This document shows positions 32,368 to 41,720 of a stretch of DNA of 64,000 bases, piece by piece. Numbering within the stretch: the first letter of the stretch is position 1; every line of letters starts with the position of its first letter. The translations under genes and the position numbers were made by a program. A model generated the notes under the pieces. It ran no database searches, was not told where the DNA came from, and saw only the letters and a program-made list of their open reading frames with translations. Source of the DNA: Spirochaetia bacterium (GTDB taxonomy: Bacteria; Spirochaetota; Spirochaetia; DSM-16054; Sediminispirochaetaceae); NCBI GenBank assembly GCA_034520965.1, contig JAXHMY010000001.1:800001-864000 (forward strand), given 5' to 3'.

Positions 32368-33606
32368 GTGCACTATACTTTAGCTATGATCAGTCCTATA
32401 ACGACTTGGCGGGCTCGAGTTTCTCTTTTCCTCTTCCTCACGATTGCCCTAGTGCTGTACAACAGCAGTCTGTTTGCCGCGGAGCAGACCGCTGAATTCA
32501 GCGACAGAAGACCAATTAGAATTGGAGCAAGCCTCTCGATAACCGGTATTTACAATGAACCGGCCAATATGATCAAGCGGGGCTACGAGCTCTGGGTACA
32601 GGAAACCAACCGCAAGGGCGGTCTGTTAGGTCGCCCTCTTGAGCTGCAAATTATAGACGACCGCAGTAAGGTCGAAGAAGCCCAGCGTATTTATCGTTAT
32701 TTCATCGAAGAGCAGCAGGTCGACCTGCTGCTGGCGCCCTACGGAACCCCTATAACCCTGGCGGTAAGCGAAATAACCGAAACCGCCGGATATGTACTGG
32801 TATCCGCCGGGGCCTCGGGAATTCACATTTGGGAACGGGGTTTCAAATATATCTTCGGAGTCTATGCCACTGCCGACCGCTTCTTTATCGGCTTTTTAGA
32901 TTTGATTGCCCGCAACGGCATCGATGAAGTAAGCATCCTGCATGAGAACAACCCCTTCAACATAGACGTGGCAAGGGGGGCTGTTGATTGGGCGGAAAAA
33001 CTGGGGATACGGATAAACCGGAAGATCGAGTTTTCTCCTGAGACATATAAACCAGAAAAAATTCTGCAGCAGGCATCCCTCTCGAATAATGCGGCCCTGA
33101 TTTTATGCACCTATCCGGAGGAAGGCTATGCTCTTCTGCGGGCCCTGCAAGAGCATTCGCAACAACCCGCGGCCGTGTGCATGACGATAGCTCCGGTGCA
33201 CCCCCTATTTGCCAAACGGCTCCAAGGGGCGGCAGAGGGGGTTTTCGGCCCATCCCAATGGGAACCGGAGGAGCGCATCCCCTATCCGGGGACCCGCGAA
33301 TTCATCAGCGCCTTTCGACGCTTTGCCCATATCCCCCCTTCCTACCATGCCGGCGCCGCCTTTGCAGCCGGCCAGGTGCTCGCCCGGGCAATCGAAGCCA
33401 CCGGCAGCCTCGACAATTCCCGCTTACGGGAAGCCATTGCGACAATGGATACGGTCACCATAATTGGGCGCTTCAAGGTCGATACCTCCGGCCGGCAGAT
33501 CGGCCACAATCCGATACTGATTCAGTGGCAGGGGGGCAAGAAAGAGGTTGTCTACCCCACTCAGCTTAAAACCGCCGAACCCCGCTTCAATACCGAGCCC
33601 AGGTAA
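32368..33606 (+). CDS. Branched-chain amino acid-type periplasmic binding protein
   Basis: IRIGASLSITG, GGLLGRPLEL..DDRS. Confidence 0.85.
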   Translation: MHYTLAMISPITTWRARVSLFLFLTIALVLYNSSLFAAEQTAEFSDRRPIRIGASLSITGIYNEPANMIKRGYELWVQETNRKGGLLGRPLELQIIDDRSKVEEAQRIYRYFIEEQQVDLLLAPYGTPITLAVSEITETAGYVLVSAGASGIHIWERGFKYIFGVYATADRFFIGFLDLIARNGIDEVSILHENNPFNIDVARGAVDWAEKLGIRINRKIEFSPETYKPEKILQQASLSNNAALILCTYPEEGYALLRALQEHSQQPAAVCMTIAPVHPLFAKRLQGAAEGVFGPSQWEPEERIPYPGTREFISAFRRFAHIPPSYHAGAAFAAGQVLARAIEATGSLDNSRLREAIATMDTVTIIGRFKVDTSGRQIGHNPILIQWQGGKKEVVYPTQLKTAEPRFNTEPR

Positions 33607-33611
33607 CCCCC

Positions 33612-35006
33612 ATGCAACTGCGGAACCTGATTCCTAATTCAATTTTTATGTACATTCTTATTCCAGTAGCCGGAGCGGCAGTAGTGAGTGCCCTGCTGTT
33701 CAACCTGCTGTTGACCCCCGTGTTCATCAATCATTTTACCCGCAGGAGCACTGCGGATCTCGAGTTGGCTACCTCCCTGGGGCTCGAACACTGCGAGGAA
33801 AACTTCCTCAACCTCTTATCCCTGCGTTTAAGCGATGACCAGATGATGGTGGAAACTATGTACCAGGAGAGCCTGAGAGGCATTACCCAGATACATAAAC
33901 AGATGGCATCGGTTCATATGCTGGCGGTAAGCAGCAGCGGCAGGGTCGACGCCAGTACTTATCCCGAACTGCCGACGGGGTCAGATTTTAAAGTCCCTGA
34001 TTTTTGGAGTGGAGAAACCCGAGAACTAAGGGTAAAAGGACAAAAGATACTGTACCGCTCGGCCTATTTTCCCTTTTGGCGGGTGCATATTGTTGCCGTC
34101 GTACCCCTCGAGTTTATATCGGCTCCCGTACAGCTGATGCAGCAGGGACTTCTGATAGCCCTGGTTGCAATCAGTTTTATTCTATTACTCACCCTGCTGA
34201 TAACCCTGAACTATGCGGTCAAACGTCCCTTGAACCGAGTAATCACAGCAACCCGGGAAATCAGCCGGGGCGCTTTTCCCTATATTGAATCAGTACGGAA
34301 GGATGAAATCGGCGAGGTCTGCACCGCCATAAACGTGATGTCCCGTCAGTTGAAAGAGAACCATACCGCCCTTGAACGCTCGATAGCCGAGAAGAACGTG
34401 CTGCTTCAGGAAATTCACCACCGGGTGAAAGACAACTTGAATGTGGTGGTGAGCCTGCTGCACCTGCAGTCCGACCAGGTCGAAAACCACCGACAGGCGA
34501 AAGAGGTTTTGAACAGCAGCTGCGACCGAATATACTCAATGGCCCTGGTGCATGAAAAGCTGTACCAATCCGAAAGCTTTTCCCATATTGATCTCGAAGC
34601 CTATATACAATCAATTGCCGATCAGTTGTTCAGTATTTACGGACAAAACAAAGCGATAGATAAAATAATCCGTGGCCGCCACATTTTTATAGATTTGTCG
34701 GTAGCCATGCCCTGCGGTCTGATTCTGAATGAACTTATTACTAATTCACTGCTGCATGCCTTCCCGAATCAAAACTCCGGGAAAATCGAAATAATCGTCG
34801 AGGAACAGGCCGAAGGGAATCTGGTACTAACCTATTCCGATAACGGCATCGGAATTAAGCAGGAACCTGATTTTTCCACACCACAGACAACTCTAGGACT
34901 CAGTTTAATTCATATTTTGGGTCAGCAGTTAGGCGCCAAGGTCGAGCTGAATACCCATCACGGGTACTGGCTGCGGCTAAGGATACCCCGACAGGGGACA
35001 GTATAA
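33612..35006 (+). CDS. HisKA_2-type sensor histidine kinase with HAMP
   Basis: EIHHRVKDNL, ALVHEKLY, LNELITNS, DNGIG. Confidence 0.9.
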   Translation: MQLRNLIPNSIFMYILIPVAGAAVVSALLFNLLLTPVFINHFTRRSTADLELATSLGLEHCEENFLNLLSLRLSDDQMMVETMYQESLRGITQIHKQMASVHMLAVSSSGRVDASTYPELPTGSDFKVPDFWSGETRELRVKGQKILYRSAYFPFWRVHIVAVVPLEFISAPVQLMQQGLLIALVAISFILLLTLLITLNYAVKRPLNRVITATREISRGAFPYIESVRKDEIGEVCTAINVMSRQLKENHTALERSIAEKNVLLQEIHHRVKDNLNVVVSLLHLQSDQVENHRQAKEVLNSSCDRIYSMALVHEKLYQSESFSHIDLEAYIQSIADQLFSIYGQNKAIDKIIRGRHIFIDLSVAMPCGLILNELITNSLLHAFPNQNSGKIEIIVEEQAEGNLVLTYSDNGIGIKQEPDFSTPQTTLGLSLIHILGQQLGAKVELNTHHGYWLRLRIPRQGTV

Positions 35007-35204
35007 GTAGCCGTTACTGCGCGATTGTGAATCAAAATATCCATATATAATACCAACTTCAAAATCTAAAAATGTATATTCCGGTAAAACCGGACAGCTG
35101 TGATATGACGACAGTGGATTTCCTACGATGGCGGTTCTCAAGGATCTCAAGCAGGGAAAGCCGTGCGGTATCTGATTGATAAACCAACTAACATCCCAGG
35201 CAGA

Positions 35205-35684
35205 TCATGCCTCTGGATCAGTACTGTCGAGAATCTTCATCTCAAAATGCCACCCCTCAAATACCTCAAGCATCATAACAAACTCTTCAATCGTTATACG
35301 CTTTCCATCTATGAAGAAGGCCCGTTCAAAATCGGTGTCAGAATCTTTTTCACTCCAGTCAATTCTTCCACGTAGAAGAAAGTTATCATTGATTTGCCAT
35401 CTTCCGTTCGATTTTTCCAGATGTCTTCTGTTTATGCCTCTTTTAATTTTTTCCTTTAGAAATTGCTCGGCCTTCGCAGTGTCTGCATCAAAATCAGATA
35501 ATACGGTAAATCTGTAAGATAGCGATTCATCATTCTTCACTTCTATAGCCTCAGAAAGAAGACCGCCAGGGCATGGAAATGTCGAAATTCTGAAGAGGTA
35601 TTCATGTTTCCAGCGGTCTTTTATCCGAAAGTCGTATCCTTCATCGAGGGTGCTGTGGATGTAGTGGTCACCTTCTAATCTCAT
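35205..35684 (-). CDS. Hypothetical protein
   Basis: 159-aa ORF with AAAGGAG RBS; no recognised motif. Confidence 0.6.
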   Translation of the reverse strand: MRLEGDHYIHSTLDEGYDFRIKDRWKHEYLFRISTFPCPGGLLSEAIEVKNDESLSYRFTVLSDFDADTAKAEQFLKEKIKRGINRRHLEKSNGRWQINDNFLLRGRIDWSEKDSDTDFERAFFIDGKRITIEEFVMMLEVFEGWHFEMKILDSTDPEA

Positions 35685-35857
35685 TTGTTTTTCTCCTTTA
35701 GATATTTTCTACACTCGTTAATTGGGTGCCATCTTCTATTATGGCCCCAATTGTTACTGGAGGTATTTATATCGGCAGTACCGCACCATCTTCTGGTTTC
35801 ATTTTCTTAAGATCCCCGCGCCCCACCGCCGGAGCACAGGACGTGCGGAGGCGGTTC

Positions 35858-38185
35858 TTAGGCTGCCGGATTTACATATAAGTATCTCTGGAACGCAATA
35901 AAGGTCACTTTTATCTCTTCTATTCCGCCAAGCTTCTCTGCCGCATCTGTGATTGAATAGTATTTCAAGGAGAGCAGGTCGGGCAGTTTTTCCTGATCGA
36001 GTTCGTCTACGCCGGATTCGATATATTTGGAGAGAACGAAATCAAGAAAATCCTTCTGATCTTGATTTAACCCGTTAAAAATAAACGGCCTGGCTTGTGC
36101 AACCCGTTCTTCCCGGCTCATGGGTTTTACTGCGAATGAGACATACTCAAGCACATCAAAGATATCGCTGTTTTCTGCGTTTACAAGTTTCTGTAGAATA
36201 GACAACTCATCTTTACCGTACCCCGATTCTTTAAGACTTTCGAGTAATCCCTTTCTTGTAGACGGTACAGACCAGATTTTTCGCAGTTCATCTTCATCCT
36301 TGAAAAAATCAGGCAGCTTGCCAAAGAGGTTTTGCAAGAACTCCTCTGCAGAAATGGGCTTACCGTCGGCACTCCAGAATGAGGTGGCTATCATATGCTG
36401 GATTTCCCGTTCTTTTCCGTCTCTCAGTTTGATTTTCAGCTTTTTCGGACGCTTTGTTTCTTCAGACTCTTCCGGATCACCCGGTTCTTCTTTTACCTCT
36501 GAAGGTTCTTTCGGTTCCGGCAGTGAATAGGGTTCCGGTTCCAGGGGCTCACCGTCCCATTCCGGATCGAGAAAGTGATGGTACGCGCCGACATAGTCGT
36601 ACAGGGTAAAATAGTCTTTGCCTTCAAACAGGCGGGTGCCTCTTCCGATAATCTGTTTGAATTCGATCATGGAGTTTACCGGTCTCAAAAGTACGATGTT
36701 CCTGATGTTCCTTGCGTCAACACCGGTGGAAAGTTTCTGGGATGTCGTCAGTACTGTAGGAATACTTTTTTCATTGTCCTGAAAATCCCGAAGGTGCTGC
36801 TCGCCAAGCTTTCCGTCATTGGCGGTAACCCGGTGACAGTAATTGGGATTATTGCTTTGCTTGTGCTGGTTTATCAAATCACGAATAGCCAGGGCATGTT
36901 CCTGATTGGCACAGAACACGAGTGTTTTTTCTTTTTGGTTTATTTCATCAAGGATAATTTTTACCCGCTTTTCTTCACGTTCTTTTATCTGAATAATTCG
37001 ATTAAAGTCCTCTTCACCATACACCCGGCCTTCTTCAACCTCCCCCTCCACTACCGTATCATCCGGGGTAAAGACGTATTCATCGATGGTCGTCTGTACC
37101 CGTTTTACCTTGAAAGGAGTAAGAAAGCCGTCATTTATCCCCTCTTTTAATGAGTAGATATAGACCGGCTCGCCAAAATAGGCATAGGTGTCAGCGTTAT
37201 TCTTCCGTTTCGGGGTGGCGGTTAAGCCAAGCTGAACAGCAGGAGAGAAATACTCCATGATTCCCCGCCAGTTGCTTTCATCATTTGCTCCGCCCCGATG
37301 ACACTCGTCAATAATGATAAAATCGAAATAGTCGCGCGGATATTCTCCGAAATTGGGAGCCGGGTCTCCATTTTCATCCCTGCCGCTCATGAAGGTTTGA
37401 AATATGGTAAAGAAGATGTTTCCGTTAGTCGGCACGCGCCCTTTTTTTCGAATTGCATCCGGGGCAATACGTACAAGGGCGTCTTCAGGAAAAGCGTTAA
37501 AGGCATTGAAGGCCTGGTTGGCCAGAATATTCCTGTCTGCGAGAAAGAGTATCCGCGGCCGCCTTGATCCGTCTTTTTTCAGATTCCAGCGGGTATGGAA
37601 GAGCTTCCACGCAATCTGAAAGGCGATAAAGGTTTTCCCCGTGCCGGTAGCCAGGGTAAGCAGAATTCTGTTTTTATCTTCTGCAATAGCATCGAGTGCC
37701 CGATGTACCGCTATCTCCTGATAGAAGCGGGGCGGTTGTGTACCGCTTTTGTCTTCAAAGGGTATGCCGTAAAAGGCGTCCCGCCATTTATTTTGCTCCT
37801 CATGCGCCATAGCCCACAGCGCTTTGGGGGTGGGGAATGTATCAGCCGAGCCTTCTTCTCCGGTTTTCATATTTATGCAGTAGATTTCGCGGCCATTGGC
37901 TGCATAGGCAAAATCAAGTTTCAATTTCTCTGCGTATAGTTTGGCCTGGGCAACCCCTTCACCGACTTCGCGCTCTGCGCTTTTGGCTTCTATGACGGCG
38001 AGCTTAACGTTTTTATAGGAGAGGATGTAATCGGCAATAAGAGGTTTACTTCTGATGCCGCCGGTCTGAATTTTACCGTGGGTAATAGTATACTCACGGT
38101 TGATTTTCGATTCGCTGGTACTACCCCAGCCGCACGAAAGCAGATGCGGATCGATCAACTCGGCCCTGGTTTCAGCTTCGTTCAT
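35858..38185 (-). CDS. hsdR: Type I restriction endonuclease subunit R (EcoAI/EcoEI-like)
   Basis: VIEAK, LATGTGKT, DECHR, GLTATP, QIIGRGTR. Confidence 0.95.
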   Translation of the reverse strand: MNEAETRAELIDPHLLSCGWGSTSESKINREYTITHGKIQTGGIRSKPLIADYILSYKNVKLAVIEAKSAEREVGEGVAQAKLYAEKLKLDFAYAANGREIYCINMKTGEEGSADTFPTPKALWAMAHEEQNKWRDAFYGIPFEDKSGTQPPRFYQEIAVHRALDAIAEDKNRILLTLATGTGKTFIAFQIAWKLFHTRWNLKKDGSRRPRILFLADRNILANQAFNAFNAFPEDALVRIAPDAIRKKGRVPTNGNIFFTIFQTFMSGRDENGDPAPNFGEYPRDYFDFIIIDECHRGGANDESNWRGIMEYFSPAVQLGLTATPKRKNNADTYAYFGEPVYIYSLKEGINDGFLTPFKVKRVQTTIDEYVFTPDDTVVEGEVEEGRVYGEEDFNRIIQIKEREEKRVKIILDEINQKEKTLVFCANQEHALAIRDLINQHKQSNNPNYCHRVTANDGKLGEQHLRDFQDNEKSIPTVLTTSQKLSTGVDARNIRNIVLLRPVNSMIEFKQIIGRGTRLFEGKDYFTLYDYVGAYHHFLDPEWDGEPLEPEPYSLPEPKEPSEVKEEPGDPEESEETKRPKKLKIKLRDGKEREIQHMIATSFWSADGKPISAEEFLQNLFGKLPDFFKDEDELRKIWSVPSTRKGLLESLKESGYGKDELSILQKLVNAENSDIFDVLEYVSFAVKPMSREERVAQARPFIFNGLNQDQKDFLDFVLSKYIESGVDELDQEKLPDLLSLKYYSITDAAEKLGGIEEIKVTFIAFQRYLYVNPAA

Positions 38186-38196
38186 TGCCTTGGTCC

Positions 38197-38256
38197 TTTA
38201 CAGGCTCATTTACAGGCTCATTTAGGGTCTCATTTACAGGCTCATTTAGGGGCTCA
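38197..38256. repeat. 12-bp tandem repeat x5 (TTTACAGGCTCA-like)
   Basis: Three perfect and two variant copies between rhuM and hsdR. Confidence 0.9.
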
Positions 38257-38269
38257 ATTCGAGCAGCTG

Positions 38270-39292
38270 TCATTGTTTATACCTTTTAAGATACTCTTCA
38301 AGTTTCTTAATATCTTCTTTATCGGCCTTCTTAGCTTCTTCTATTTTTCTTTTTTTATCAAACTGCTCATACCGCTCTTCTGCAAGTTTTTTGGCAACTA
38401 CCGCTTTTACCTTTCCGGCATGGGTAAGTAGTTCCTGTTCGTTGAACTCCAGAAAGGCATCCAGTTTATCCGACCACTGCTCCATGGTGACGGTTTTTCG
38501 CTGCCTGGCCTGCAGTTCGGCGTAATCGAGGTACATGGTGACAATCTCGTTGAGGTCTTTTATCTCACCTGCCTTCAGGTAATTCTTGGCAATATCCACA
38601 TCATATTTTCGCACGATGGAACCTCGCCAGGAGGTAAGTCCCATATTGGGAGCCCACTGGTCGCTTCGTAATTCGATGAGCTCGGCGGCGGTTTTGCCGG
38701 TGACAGCCCAGAGCATCTTGTTCTGAACCTTCTTGAAGAAGTTCTGTGCCTGCTGTGAGTTTTTATCGTAATCGATGGCCGTGGCATAAATATCCCGGAT
38801 TTTCTGGTAAAAGCGTTTTTCCGAAGCCCGGATATCCCGAATACGCTCCAACCACTCGTCAAAATAGTCCCACCGGTCGGCCTGTTTCAGGCGTTCATCA
38901 TCCATGGCAAAGCCCTTGATGATGTATTCTTTGAGGATATTGGTTGCCCAGATACGAAACTGGGTGGCCCGTTTGGAGTTGACCCGATATCCGACGGCAA
39001 TGATGGCGTCGAGGTTGTAGTATTTTAACTGCTTTGTCTGGTTTTTTCCCTCTATGGCGCCGTGGGAAGTGGTATGTTCCAAAATGGAACTTACCACTTG
39101 TTCGTCCAACTCACCGCTTTCAAAGATGTTTTTCAGATGCTTGGTAACAGCCGGCCGTTTTACACCAAAAAGCTCCGCCATCTGCGCCTGGGTCAGCCAG
39201 ATGGTTTCGTTCTGGAAAACAGTATCTATTTTGATATTGCCGTCGGTGGTTTTGTAGAGAATGATTTCTGTTTGGTAGGAGGGTTGGGTCAT
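38270..39292 (-). CDS. RhuM-family (Virulence_RhuM) DNA-binding protein
   Basis: ETIWLTQAQMAELF, YNLDAIIAVGYRVNS..ATQFRIWA, IRDIRASEKRFY. Confidence 0.9.
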   Translation of the reverse strand: MTQPSYQTEIILYKTTDGNIKIDTVFQNETIWLTQAQMAELFGVKRPAVTKHLKNIFESGELDEQVVSSILEHTTSHGAIEGKNQTKQLKYYNLDAIIAVGYRVNSKRATQFRIWATNILKEYIIKGFAMDDERLKQADRWDYFDEWLERIRDIRASEKRFYQKIRDIYATAIDYDKNSQQAQNFFKKVQNKMLWAVTGKTAAELIELRSDQWAPNMGLTSWRGSIVRKYDVDIAKNYLKAGEIKDLNEIVTMYLDYAELQARQRKTVTMEQWSDKLDAFLEFNEQELLTHAGKVKAVVAKKLAEERYEQFDKKRKIEEAKKADKEDIKKLEEYLKRYKQ

Positions 39293-40542
39293 AATTCCCC
39301 CTCGAAGGCTTTTTTGAGAATGGATTTTTTTAGTTCGTCCAGAGCTGTTATTTTATCATTGTATATTTTTTTTAATTTAGATGTTTCTTTTGAAAAATAA
39401 TATACTTTTTTGATCAATTCATTTTGTGTTTTCTTGCTTGGTAGTTTTAACCTGATTTTTTTCAAAGTTTTTACTGACGATACATTCTTAATAGCTGCTC
39501 CTTGAGAGTGTTTTGCAATTTGATTTAGAAAGTCATTACTTTCCATCCATAGCTTTAAGAAACGAACCGAAAGAACTATTTTTGGGTGTTAATTTAGTAG
39601 AGCTTGATTTATTATACCTTTATGGAAGGTCTCTGGAACAATTGCTGTCCTGCCCATAGTTCCTGAGCAACTCATAATCAAATCGCCAGCTTTTAGCTCA
39701 AAGCGTCTCATCTCATTGTATTTTTTTTCATCAATAAAATATCTAATATTTACAAATTGATCATTTATCGCATGTTGCTGTTCATAAACAGCATAACCGG
39801 AGGATTTGAATATTGTTTTTTTTAAGCTGCCTCCAAACGGACCTCTTACAAACTCACAAACATCCCCCAGCTTCTTCGCCTCCCAATCCTCTCCGGGATT
39901 TTCAAAGATACCGTTCAAATAACTCTCAAACAGCTCCTTGGCATTGTCCAGATTCTTCTCCGCGTTGGCCTTCGCCTTGTCTATGGCTGCAAATGCTTCA
40001 TCGAGAATAGCGACAATGCGTTTTTGTTCAGCGAGTGGGGGAAGGGGAATTTGAATTGCTTTTATCTGATCTCTATTTATTGAATTAAAAACTGCTCCAT
40101 TATTTCCTGTTATTTCATTCTTATGTTTAACAAGAAAGTAAAACAGAAAGAACTTATCTACTGTATTTCTAGCCCTTATTGCTGACAAGCCACGTCCAAT
40201 ACAGATATTTTGTGTAGCAAAATTAACAGGTCCCACAGGTGCTCGAACAGACATCAGTATATCATCTTTTTGTGCTTCTTTTGTTATGTTTGTTGTCCAA
40301 GTATTGGGACTATCAATAAACTTTTCTGTGAATCCTTTTTTCCCTTGATAAAAAGGCAATCCATCTCCATTTTTATTATAAAACTTACTTTTGGGAGATT
40401 GTCCTGATATTACCTCACACACCTCCCCCAGCTTCTTCCACTCCCACCCCTCCGGCAGGGGCTTATTTTTTCCCACCGTCGGTATTTTATCCGCATCCAA
40501 CTGTGTTAATCCGTGGTTTGTATATGCCTCTGTCCTATTCAT
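39289..40542 (-). CDS. hsdS: Type I R-M specificity subunit, frameshift near 39590
   Basis: LPEGWEWKKLGEV, PLPPLAEQKRIV, LKKSILKKAFEGEL; two TRDs. Confidence 0.9.
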
Positions 40543-41617
40543 AATCCTGCTCTGTTTTTTTTGCTTCGTACAAACTGAGCCGTTCGCTGACTATCCATTT
40601 TTCCCGATCCAGTTCTTCTTGCAACTCCTGTTCGCTGGGGAGTACGGTTCTGTATTTAGAAGCAAAAAGATGCTTGTTTTCCTGTAGAACAGAATATTTT
40701 ACGATCGTCTCATCCTTGTCCGTGCAGAGGATTATACCTATTGTCGGGTTGTCATCATCACCCCTTTTCAGTTCATCGAACATTCGTACATACATATCCA
40801 TCTGCCCAATATCCTGGTGAGTCAATTTACCCGTTTTTAGATCGATAATCACGAAACACTTGAGGATATAGTTATAGAAAACAAGATCAACATAAAAATG
40901 GGAAGTCTCGCTGCTTATACGGAATTGCCGGGCTATAAAAGAAAATCCTTTGCCAAGTTCAAGGAGGAACTTCTGCATATTCTCTATCAAAGCACTCTCC
41001 AACAATCTCTCTTTGCCGCTCAGGTCCTCCGGAATACCGAGGAATTCCAGCACATAGGGATCTTTGATATGAGATAGTTTCCCGTCGGCTTCTTTGTCCA
41101 CTGTATTTTTACCCGATGATTGATTTGACAGGAGCCTCTCGAAGTAGCGGCTTTTAATATTTCGCTGCAAGGTTCGTACGCTCCAGCTTTCCCGTCGGGA
41201 CTCTGTCAGATAGAATTCCTTTGCCCTTTCATCATTAATCCGCATGATAAGTCTGATATGGGACCAGCTCAATTCTCTACACAGTGTGTAGAATTTTTGA
41301 TTTTCACGAAAAACCAGGTAGAACTGGCGAAAATTCTTCAAATTCGCAATAGAAAACCCCCTACCAATGGTATCGCCAAGGTACTTTGACAGTTCGGTAA
41401 TCAAATACTCCCCATAACCTGCACGACCTTTACCCTGCTGTTCCTGCTCTACAATTCTTTTGCCAATTTCCCAATAGGTCTCGACCATAACAGAGTTGAT
41501 CTTTCTATACGCGCTTTCCCGGGCAACAATCAGCAAGTGCTTAATATCCCGGTAGAACAGATCTTCACTTTCTTTTGTCACCAACTTCTCCCCGAATGAT
41601 TTTCTTTCACATAACAT
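40535..41617 (-). CDS. YhcG/DUF1016 PD-(D/E)xK nuclease-domain protein
   Basis: YWEIG, LSWSH, IKDPYVLEFL, FLLELGKGF, DIGQMDMY, PTIGIILC. Confidence 0.9.
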   Translation of the reverse strand: MLCERKSFGEKLVTKESEDLFYRDIKHLLIVARESAYRKINSVMVETYWEIGKRIVEQEQQGKGRAGYGEYLITELSKYLGDTIGRGFSIANLKNFRQFYLVFRENQKFYTLCRELSWSHIRLIMRINDERAKEFYLTESRRESWSVRTLQRNIKSRYFERLLSNQSSGKNTVDKEADGKLSHIKDPYVLEFLGIPEDLSGKERLLESALIENMQKFLLELGKGFSFIARQFRISSETSHFYVDLVFYNYILKCFVIIDLKTGKLTHQDIGQMDMYVRMFDELKRGDDDNPTIGIILCTDKDETIVKYSVLQENKHLFASKYRTVLPSEQELQEELDREKWIVSERLSLYEAKKTEQDYE

Positions 41618-41720
41618 TATCAGCCCCTCATATTACCAAAAGCCCAATTGTGCTACACAGTGTGTAGCGTTTTCATAGAACTTATGTTAAACTATCGCAT
41701 TTTTTGCGACAGTTCGATTA

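Noticed and set aside
35073..35098. TGTATATTCCGGTAAAACCGGACAGC resembling an IS21-type terminal repeat
   Set aside because: No partner repeat or istAB genes in the window; resemblance is from memory only.
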